A stretch of DNA of 64,000 bases from a virus. The position numbers and the translations under genes were made by a program. Shown here piece by piece: positions 1-5,721 of this stretch; position 1 is the stretch's first letter; every line of letters starts with the position of its first letter. The notes under the pieces are model-generated. The model worked only from the letters and a program-made list of their open reading frames with translations, had not been told where the DNA came from and made no database searches. Location: positions 21,441 through 85,440 of the IMG/VR virus record IMGVR_UViG_3300043446_000435; one strand, written 5' to 3'.

Positions 1-219
1 CGTCATGGATATCGCGCTCCCGCTCCGCGACACTATGTTGCTCCGCGTCCGCGCCATAATAACTGGGTACCGTATGCGTTGGGTGGTCTCGCGCTGGGTG
101 CTCTAGGTGCTGGCACATACTATTACAATCGTCCGGCTATCTGCTGGAACGAACCAGTCTACGAATACGATAGATATGGCAGACGCTATATCTTAGGCTA
201 CGAAAAAATCTGTGAATGA
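1..219 (+). CDS. 3' part of a small Arg/Pro/Tyr-rich exported protein (BA14K-like style), truncated by the window start
   Basis: Frame 1 is open to TGA at 217-219: RHGYRAPAPRHY...NWVPYALGGLALGALGAGTYYY...; the Gly-rich hydrophobic segment resembles alphaproteobacterial small exported proteins. Confidence 0.6.
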   Translation, partial: RHGYRAPAPRHYVAPRPRHNNWVPYALGGLALGALGAGTYYYNRPAICWNEPVYEYDRYGRRYILGYEKICE

Positions 220-222
220 CCC

Positions 223-251
223 TTGACAATGGAGCCGAATGTGACTAAGAT
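223..251 (+). promoter_or_regulatory. sigma70-type promoter
   Basis: ccTTGACA-17 nt-TAAGAT, same pattern as other promoters in the window; overlaps the start of the next ORF. Confidence 0.5.
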
Positions 252-525
252 AGTATATAATGCTTGCTTCGGTGGGTTTGGTCTTTCCGATCAAGCGATG
301 GCACGATATCATGAACTTGGCGGAACGGCAAAAAGCCGTTACGACATCCAACGCAGTGATCCTGCGCTTGTGCAAGTCGTAGAAGAATTGGGTGACGAAG
401 CAAACACGCGATTTTCTGATTTGCGTATCACAGATCTCCCTGCGGGGACTAAATACCGTATCGACGAATACGATGGAAATGAATCCGTCTGTACCATCGA
501 CGACTATGAATGGAGTGTAGCATGA
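241..525 (+). CDS. conserved phage hypothetical protein
   Basis: GGAG RBS then GTG; KIVYNACFGGFGLS...RSDPALVQVVEELG...IDEYDGNE, a motif set common in phage proteins. Confidence 0.75.
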   Translation: MTKIVYNACFGGFGLSDQAMARYHELGGTAKSRYDIQRSDPALVQVVEELGDEANTRFSDLRITDLPAGTKYRIDEYDGNESVCTIDDYEWSVA

Positions 526-752
526 AACGAATTATGGCAGTCTCAGTTCTCGCGCTTGGTCTCGCAGGCTGCAACGCGACTGTGTATGATACTGGCTATC
601 GTCGCCCTTATCCGGTGATTGATCTTCAGACTCCAGTCTATGCTGCACCACGACCGGTTGTCGTCGAGCGACGTCCACGTTGTGCTACGGTCTGGGACCG
701 CACACCTTACGGTTACGTCGAGCGTCGTATCTGCGGAAATCACATTCCGTAA
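522..752 (+). CDS. small lipoprotein
   Basis: MKRIMAVSVLALGLAG-C lipobox; GGAG RBS upstream. Confidence 0.75.
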   Translation: MKRIMAVSVLALGLAGCNATVYDTGYRRPYPVIDLQTPVYAAPRPVVVERRPRCATVWDRTPYGYVERRICGNHIP

Positions 753-776
753 GTCGCGCGGACCGATTCTACCTCT

Positions 777-853
777 GGACTCTTAGCTCAGTAGGTTAGA
801 GCAGCGGTCTTTTAAACCGAAGGTCCTGGGTTCGAGTCCCAGAGAGTCCACCA
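777..853 (+). tRNA. tRNA-Lys(TTT)
   Basis: Cloverleaf, anticodon loop CT-TTT-AA, TTCGAGT, CCA. Confidence 0.95.
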
Positions 854-858
854 ATTTC

Positions 859-932
859 CCTCCGATAGCTCAAAGGTAGAGCACACGACTGATAATCGTG
901 CGACCAAGGATCGTTACCTTGTCGGAGGACCA
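859..932 (+). tRNA. tRNA-Ile(GAT)
   Basis: Cloverleaf, CT-GAT-AA, atypical T-loop ATCGTTA, CCA. Confidence 0.9.
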
Positions 933-937
933 ATTTA

Positions 938-1015
938 CCCGTGTTAGTGTAGCGAGCAAACATACCCGCCTTTCAAGCGTGGAGATCATGGGTTTGAATC
1001 CCATACACGGGACCA
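938..1015 (+). tRNA. tRNA-Glu(TTC)
   Basis: Acceptor CCCGTGT/ACACGGG, CT-TTC-AA, T-loop TTTGAAT, CCA; mismatch in anticodon stem. Confidence 0.85.
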
Positions 1016-1025
1016 AAAAAATGAG

Positions 1026-1054
1026 TTGACAACCATGTACCAACGTGGTATGAT
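1026..1054 (+). promoter_or_regulatory. sigma70-type promoter for the main tRNA/ncRNA operon
   Basis: TTGACA-17 nt-TATGAT. Confidence 0.85.
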
Positions 1055-1070
1055 ACTAAATATGCTGATT

Positions 1071-1117
1071 CGCTGTTTGACAATCTAATCTGGTAGGAAC
1101 AATCGAAAGGTTGTTTC
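1071..1117 (+). promoter_or_regulatory. boxA-like sequence followed by a GNRA hairpin
   Basis: CGCTGTTTGACA resembles rrn/lambda boxA (TGCTCTTTAACA); hairpin GGAACAATC-GAAA-GGTTGTTTC follows. Confidence 0.45.
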
Positions 1118-1152
1118 TTCATGGAGGCATCTAGGTGCTTCTTTGTAGAAAC

Positions 1153-1350
1153 AACTGATTAGGTGTGGTGTTATGGAAAATCTCAGTGTTCCTGGGTAAG
1201 CGCACAGTCTATGGGTCCTCTGTCTGCAGGCACGGCCAATGCTGAGTTGTAACTGAAATAGGAGTCATGACCTGAAATAAGGTTACAGATTAAAGCGAAC
1301 GGTATGGCGGTCTATCCATATCCATAACATAACATCACTCCTAATCAGTT
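1153..1350 (+). ncRNA. unknown structured RNA (~200 nt, multibranch)
   Basis: Closing stem AACTGATTAGG..GTGGTGTTATG / CATAACATCAC..CCTAATCAGTT; internal stems CTCAGTGTT/AATGCTGAG, TGTAAC/GTTACA, TATGG/CCATA; no ORF. Confidence 0.7.
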
Positions 1351-1351
1351 A

Positions 1352-1428
<77 letters not shown>

Positions 1429-1429
1429 A

Positions 1430-1509
1430 TTAGGCGCAGGGGCGTAGGTATTGAAAGAGATACATAGAGCTCTGCTGAAAAGAAGATCGACGGACGTATC
1501 TTCTCCTAA
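1430..1509 (+). ncRNA. unknown small structured RNA (~80 nt)
   Basis: TTAGG/CCTAA closing stem, GCAGGG/CTCTGC with inner GTAT-TGAAAGAG-ATAC, and AGAAGAT/ATCTTCT hairpin. Confidence 0.5.
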
Positions 1510-1517
1510 ACATATTT

Positions 1518-1592
1518 GCGGGGTTAGCTCAGCGGAAGAGCGGCTGCTTTACACGCAGCGGGTCGGGAGTTCGATCCTCTCACCCCGCACCA
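1518..1592 (+). tRNA. tRNA-Val(TAC)
   Basis: Cloverleaf, TT-TAC-AC, CCA. Confidence 0.95.
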
Positions 1593-1594
1593 GT

Positions 1595-1696
1595 TGCCAG
1601 CAGCAGATTCCGGTAGTCTGCTGTGTCGTTGGTCTAATAGGATACGATTTCCTGCACGTGCGGGAAGACGTGGGTTCGAATCCCACACGACAGGCA
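1595..1696 (+). ncRNA. tRNA-like RNA with no anticodon and no CCA, with a hairpin inserted in the acceptor stem
   Basis: Perfect T-arm GTGGG-TTCGAAT-CCCAC, D-like region, TGTCGT/ACGACA stem, anticodon loop replaced by GCACGTGC. Confidence 0.65.
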
Positions 1697-1706
1697 TATC
1701 ATTCAT

Positions 1707-1782
1707 GGACTGTTAGCTCAGTTGGTAGAGCGAGTGACTCTTAATCACCAGGTCGGGGGTTCGAATCCCTCACAGTCTACCA
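1707..1782 (+). tRNA. tRNA-Lys(CTT)
   Basis: Cloverleaf, CT-CTT-AA, CCA. Confidence 0.95.
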
Positions 1783-1798
1783 TATATAGAAAGTTCAT

Positions 1799-1874
1799 TT
1801 CGCGATAGCTCAGATGGTAGAGCAGCTGACTGTTAATCAGCGGGTCCCTGGTTCGAGCCCAGGTCGCGGAGCCA
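1799..1874 (+). tRNA. tRNA-Asn(GTT)
   Basis: Cloverleaf, CT-GTT-AA, GCCA. Confidence 0.95.
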
Positions 1875-1881
1875 ATTCGTG

Positions 1882-2038
1882 CGCCGTATGAAACAAGAAT
1901 AAAGAAAGCATGGTTAGTCATTGCTGGAGATTATTCGGGAAGACTTACGCCCTCTGGTGTTGATAGACTGTCAACATTCGCAGGTCTGAGGGGAGCTGTG
2001 ACCGAGCAGCAGGGAAGGGTAGGACATACCCATCGGCG
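1882..2038 (+). ncRNA. unknown structured RNA (~160 nt)
   Basis: CGCCGTATG/CATCGGCG closing stem with hairpins GAATAA/TTATTC, CCCTC/GAGGG, TGTTGAT/GTCAACA, GCTG/CAGC, GGGTA/TACCC. Confidence 0.6.
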
Positions 2039-2044
2039 AAATTT

Positions 2045-2128
2045 GGAGGATGCGGTTGCTGGGCAACAACTGGTCTTGAAAACCGGCGCACCGAAAGGTT
2101 GATGGTTCGATTCCTTCATCCTCCGCCA
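2045..2128 (+). tRNA. tRNA-Ser(TGA)
   Basis: GGAGGAT/ATCCTCC, CT-TGA-AA, variable hairpin ACC-GAAA-GGT, GCCA. Confidence 0.9.
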
Positions 2129-2133
2129 TTCTT

Positions 2134-2209
2134 GGGGGTATAGCTCAGTTGGGAGAGCGTCTGCTTTGCAAGCAGAATGTCGGCGGTTCGATTCCGTCTA
2201 CCTCCACCA
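2134..2209 (+). tRNA. tRNA-Ala(TGC)
   Basis: Cloverleaf, G3:U70, TT-TGC-AA, CCA. Confidence 0.95.
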
Positions 2210-2214
2210 AGACG

Positions 2215-2331
2215 GTTGGACGCGGTAAATAGTCCCGCGAGGAGCCACGGTTAGCTCCTCATCTAACACATGGAGCTTGCCTAGAGGGGAAACGTGGAGC
2301 TGTAAGATCCACTTCGAAGGCGTTTCCCCTC
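2215..2331 (+). ncRNA. two small three-way-junction RNA modules of unknown function
   Basis: GTTGGA/TCTAAC enclosing CGCGG/CCGCG and AGGAGC/GCTCCT; GAGGGGAAACG/CGTTTCCCCTC enclosing TGGA/TCCA and a UUCG-containing segment. Confidence 0.55.
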
Positions 2332-2341
2332 ATTCAGTTTC

Positions 2342-2417
<76 letters not shown>

Positions 2418-2423
2418 TTTTAT

Positions 2424-2498
2424 GTCGGGGTGGAGCAGTAGTAGCTCGCTTGGCTCATAACCAAGAGGTCGGAGGTGCGATTCCTTCCCCCGCAACCA
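2424..2498 (+). tRNA. tRNA-Met(CAT), initiator-like
   Basis: CGGGG-TGGAGCAG...GTAGCTCG and 3' CCCCGCAACCA are typical of fMet; T-loop TGCGATT. Confidence 0.85.
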
Positions 2499-2501
2499 AT
2501 T

Positions 2502-2657
2502 CACAGGAGATGGGAACCTGTGCGTCACCAATCGTGTAATCGCGCGCTGCTGCCACGATTGGATATAGTGACTAGCCACTGAGGTCTAGAAGAGCAGCCG
2601 TCTTTTCCCGATACAACCTGTCACGCGAAAAGGTGACGCTGGATGGCAGTAACCAGC
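2502..2657 (+). ncRNA. unknown structured RNA with two potential pseudoknots
   Basis: Hairpins CACAGG/CCTGTG, GTCAC-CAATCGTG/CACGATTG-GTGAC, GTCAC/GTGAC, GCTGG/CCAGC; loop complementarities GCTGCT/AGCAGC and TGGGAA/TTCCCG. Confidence 0.6.
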
Positions 2658-2665
2658 GGATTTCG

Positions 2666-2721
2666 ATGTGTTATAAAACGGCTAATAGTAAGATGACACA
2701 GTAGCCATTTCATAACACATT
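2666..2721 (+). ncRNA. long imperfect hairpin before tRNA-Asp
   Basis: ATGTGTTAT/ATAACACAT and GGCTA/TAGCC stems. Confidence 0.45.
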
Positions 2722-2797
2722 GGCTTCGTAGCTCAGTTGGGAGAGCGCCGGCCTGTCACGCCGGAGGTCGCGGGATCGAGACCCGTCGAAGTCGCCA
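2722..2797 (+). tRNA. tRNA-Asp(GTC)
   Basis: Cloverleaf, CT-GTC-AC, T-loop ATCGAGA, GCCA. Confidence 0.93.
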
Positions 2798-2798
2798 T

Positions 2799-2874
2799 TG
2801 GGGATTAGTTCAGTTGGTAGAACGCCAGACTCTGAATCTGGATGTCCGAGGTTCGAGTCCTTGATCCCCAGCCA
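2799..2874 (+). tRNA. tRNA-Gln(CTG)
   Basis: U1-A72, CT-CTG-AA, GCCA. Confidence 0.95.
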
Positions 2875-2876
2875 AT

Positions 2877-2951
2877 GTTCCCTGAGCAAGACGGTAATGC
2901 GCGGGACTGCAAATCCTTGAGAATCCAGTTCGACTCTGGAAGGGAACTCCA
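2877..2951 (+). tRNA. tRNA-Cys(GCA)
   Basis: CT-GCA-AA, U73, CCA. Confidence 0.92.
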
Positions 2952-2956
2952 AGTTT

Positions 2957-3033
2957 GGTCGGGTAGCTCAACCGAATAGAGCATCGGTCTACGAAACCGA
3001 AGGTTGAAGGTTTGACTCCTTCCCCGATCGCCA
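2957..3033 (+). tRNA. tRNA-Arg(ACG)
   Basis: CT-ACG-AA, T-loop TTTGACT, GCCA. Confidence 0.92.
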
Positions 3034-3039
3034 TATTAT

Positions 3040-3114
3040 GCGGAGGTAGCTCAGTGGTAGAGCTTCTCGTTGCCAACGAGACGGTCGTGGGTTCGAATCC
3101 CATTCTCCGCTCCA
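3040..3114 (+). tRNA. tRNA-Gly(GCC)
   Basis: TT-GCC-AA, U73, CCA. Confidence 0.95.
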
Positions 3115-3115
3115 T

Positions 3116-3192
3116 GCCCTATTAGCCCAACTGGTAGAGGTGTCGGTCTTAGAAACCGAAGGTTGTAAGTTCGAATCTTACATAGGGCACCA
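3116..3192 (+). tRNA. tRNA-Leu(TAG), short variable loop
   Basis: GCCCTAT/ATAGGGC, CT-TAG-AA, only a 5 nt variable region, ACCA. Confidence 0.88.
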
Positions 3193-3197
3193 GTTTC

Positions 3198-3273
3198 GTC
3201 GGAATAGCTCAGATGGTAGAGCAGTGGTCTCATACGCCGCGCGTCGCAAGTTCGATCCTTGCTTCCGACACCA
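3198..3273 (+). tRNA. tRNA-Met(CAT), elongator or Ile2
   Basis: Cloverleaf, CT-CAT-AC, CCA. Confidence 0.9.
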
Positions 3274-3276
3274 ATA

Positions 3277-3347
3277 TGCTACAGTCGGTGTTGTTGGGAA
3301 ACACAGATCGACAAGACTAGGACGCCGTTCGAATCGGAGCTGTAGCA
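3277..3347 (+). ncRNA. tRNA-like RNA or pseudo-tRNA lacking a proper anticodon arm and CCA
   Basis: TGCTACAG/CTGTAGCA acceptor-like stem, GTGTT/AACAC D-like stem, CCG-TTCGAAT-CGG T-arm. Confidence 0.6.
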
Positions 3348-3364
3348 CTTCATAAATAAGATCA

Positions 3365-4012
3365 ATGAAAACGATTGCGTTGTTCAATCATCATCCCGAA
3401 TGCTCAGATCAATCGTGTCTAGGCATAACAAACGCATTATCCCCGAAATATCGTGTTAAGTGGTTTGGTCTTCGTGACGATTTAGATATGGTGCTAAATG
3501 AAGTGGATGGAATTATTTTCCCTGGCGGCATTGGTGACAGTGACAGTTATCACGATTTCTTTACACGCACTAAAGCTAACAAGATCGCAGCGTTTCTTGC
3601 TCGAGGCGGTAGGTATCTCGGCATTTGCATGGGTGCTTATTGGGCTGGCTCTCGATATTTTGATTTCCTTGATGGAGTAGATGCAGTCCAATATATAAAG
3701 CGACCAACGACTGAGATACGTCGAAGCTACGGCACAGTTGCAAACGTCGAATGGTTGGGTCAATCAGAAAAGATGTTTTTCTATGATGGGTGCACATTCG
3801 TCGGAAACGGAAACTATGATACGATTGCTAAGTATGCTAACGATGAGCCAATGGCTATCATACAAGGCAACATTGGTTTGATTGGTGCTCATCCAGAAAG
3901 CGAACTGCTGTGGTATGAAAAACCATATTGTCCATACATAAGAAAAGATTGGCACGATGGTCGTCATCACGATCTTCTGCTTGGATTTGTAGATAGACTT
4001 TTCCTAACTTAG
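3365..4012 (+). CDS. BPL_N-like / class I glutamine amidotransferase-like protein
   Basis: IFPGG, YLGICMGAY nucleophile elbow, HPE; CATAAATA late-promoter-like site upstream. Confidence 0.85.
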   Translation: MKTIALFNHHPECSDQSCLGITNALSPKYRVKWFGLRDDLDMVLNEVDGIIFPGGIGDSDSYHDFFTRTKANKIAAFLARGGRYLGICMGAYWAGSRYFDFLDGVDAVQYIKRPTTEIRRSYGTVANVEWLGQSEKMFFYDGCTFVGNGNYDTIAKYANDEPMAIIQGNIGLIGAHPESELLWYEKPYCPYIRKDWHDGRHHDLLLGFVDRLFLT

Positions 4013-4078
4013 TGTTGTTGGTCAGCACGGATGATTGTGGATCATCAAGACTAGGTTCGAATCCTAGAGTTAGGACCA
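4003..4078 (+). tRNA. tRNA-His(GTG), no G-1, A73
   Basis: CCTAACT/AGTTAGG, TT-GTG-GA, ACCA; overlaps the stop of the upstream CDS. Confidence 0.92.
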
Positions 4079-4079
4079 T

Positions 4080-4170
4080 AGGAGGGCTGCAGAGACGGTG
4101 GTTCTGCGACGGACTGTAAATCCGTTCCTTATAGGTAACATTGGGGGTTCGAATCCCTCCCCTCCTACCA
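4080..4170 (+). tRNA. tRNA-Tyr(GTA)
   Basis: CT-GTA-AA, long variable arm, ACCA. Confidence 0.92.
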
Positions 4171-4191
4171 TATATAATCATGAGGTGTCAA

Positions 4192-4431
4192 ATGGAAAAA
4201 CGAGCAAAACGTCTCCTTCAAAAAGAACGCCACATTGAACGCCAGAAACGTATCCTAAAAGATATTAGCATCTGGAAAGAAACAATCGACCAGCCACATC
4301 GTTTACATAAGACACACGCACTCAACTGCGGTAAGCCTACTTGTGTTTGGTGTATGAATCCTCGCAAAGCATTTGGGTCAAAGACAATGCAGGAGCGTAG
4401 ATTCGAAGCAGTTGGCGTCGACGAAGAATAG
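4192..4431 (+). CDS. small basic Cys/His protein (possible Zn-binding)
   Basis: GAGGTG RBS; HRLHKTHALNCGKPTCVWCMNPRK. Confidence 0.75.
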   Translation: MEKRAKRLLQKERHIERQKRILKDISIWKETIDQPHRLHKTHALNCGKPTCVWCMNPRKAFGSKTMQERRFEAVGVDEE

Positions 4432-4507
4432 GCTTCGGTAGCTCAGTTGGTAGAGCATTGGTCTGAAGAACCAAGTGTCGGCGGTTCGATCCCGTCCTGA
4501 AGCACCA
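4432..4507 (+). tRNA. tRNA-Phe(GAA)
   Basis: Cloverleaf, CT-GAA-GA, CCA. Confidence 0.95.
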
Positions 4508-4512
4508 CTTAC

Positions 4513-4602
4513 GGAAGGTTGGCTGAGTGGTCGAAAGCAGCGGTTTGCTAAATCGTCCTACCTTTATCGGTAGCATAGGTTCGAATCCTATACCTTCCGC
4601 CA
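4513..4602 (+). tRNA. tRNA-Ser(GCT)
   Basis: TT-GCT-AA, long variable arm, GCCA. Confidence 0.95.
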
Positions 4603-4610
4603 TATAAATA
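4603..4610 (+). promoter_or_regulatory. T4-type late promoter
   Basis: TATAAATA about 28 nt before the ATG. Confidence 0.7.
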
Positions 4611-4637
4611 GGAGTAGAATCCACTAGGAGAACTTCT

Positions 4638-5657
4638 ATGTCAGAATTTCCAATTAAAATCCGTTGGCTTATTGCGCATGATCCAGAGTATCTGTTCATC
4701 CGAACAGCTCAAGCATTTGCAGCAGAAGTCGACAGAGTTCTTCCTGGTCAGTTCGACTTCGAAATCTTAACTCCTGGATACTATAACAAGAAGTATGGAG
4801 ACATTCCAGAACTGGGATGGGCTCCTGCTCGCGTTCCTGGAGTTGAGCTAGAACCAGCTGAAGGAACTGTAATCGTTCCTTGGGATGAAGATGTAAGTCG
4901 CATTTCTCGTGCATGGATGAAAGCTATGGATGATGGCAAGATCCACATGAGTCAGACTCAGATCACAGTCATCGGTGGATTCTATCGTCCATTCCACACT
5001 CTCGATCTTCCGTTCCTATTCAATGGTCACGAACACGTTTCTCGCGTTCTTGACGGAAAAATTGGCGATGAGCTCTGTGAAGAACTGAGCAAGAACACAC
5101 AAGCTCGTGGTCTTGGATTTACATACTCTGGTGGCTATCGTATCGTAGGTTCAAACGAACCAATCGAAAGCCTAGAAGATCTGAACGAGATGGACATCAC
5201 GACAGTTCCTTCGACGAGTAAGTTCTTTAGTGTTCTTGCTGAAAACGCTAAGACTCGTGACTCACAGACTCAAGAAGAAATGATCGATTCGATTAAAAAA
5301 GGTAACGCGATCGAAACGACATATCTCAGATTCAAAGGCAAGAACATCCTTAAGACAAATCACAGCATGTTCATGACGACGATTCTGATTAGCAACAAGC
5401 TATTCGATTCGCTGACTCCTGAACAACAGAAAGTGTTCCGTCGTGCGGCTAAGGAAGTTGCAAAGTTAGAACGTAAGTGGTCGGTTGATGATGCCGAGCA
5501 GTATGAAGTAAATGCTAAAGAAAACGGAATTACGATCAAAGAAGTAAGTAAAGAAGAAAAGATTAAGATGTTCGACGCTGCTGTTCCACAGTATCGTCTT
5601 GCGAATAAGCTGTTCCCAGGTTCTAGAGAACTGGTAGCCAAAATCAAAACTAGCTAA
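4638..5657 (+). CDS. TRAP transporter substrate-binding protein (DctP-like), no signal peptide
   Basis: LDLPFLF...HVSRVLDGKIG, GFTYSGGYR, PIESLEDL, FDSLTPEQQKVF. Confidence 0.85.
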   Translation: MSEFPIKIRWLIAHDPEYLFIRTAQAFAAEVDRVLPGQFDFEILTPGYYNKKYGDIPELGWAPARVPGVELEPAEGTVIVPWDEDVSRISRAWMKAMDDGKIHMSQTQITVIGGFYRPFHTLDLPFLFNGHEHVSRVLDGKIGDELCEELSKNTQARGLGFTYSGGYRIVGSNEPIESLEDLNEMDITTVPSTSKFFSVLAENAKTRDSQTQEEMIDSIKKGNAIETTYLRFKGKNILKTNHSMFMTTILISNKLFDSLTPEQQKVFRRAAKEVAKLERKWSVDDAEQYEVNAKENGITIKEVSKEEKIKMFDAAVPQYRLANKLFPGSRELVAKIKTS

Positions 5658-5721
5658 TTGCTCTGATTGACTTCGCTATGATGTTGATGAAATAAAGTTC
5701 GTCTACACATAGGGAGGTCAA

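Noticed and set aside
1153-1350. RNase P, 6S or hammerhead identity for this RNA
   Set aside because: No GAGGAAAGUCC/P4 motifs, multibranch rather than the 6S rod, no CUGAnGA core
1595-1696. YrlA/Y RNA
   Set aside because: Arm order is D, anticodon, T as in a normal tRNA, not the permuted YrlA order; no Ro60 gene in the window
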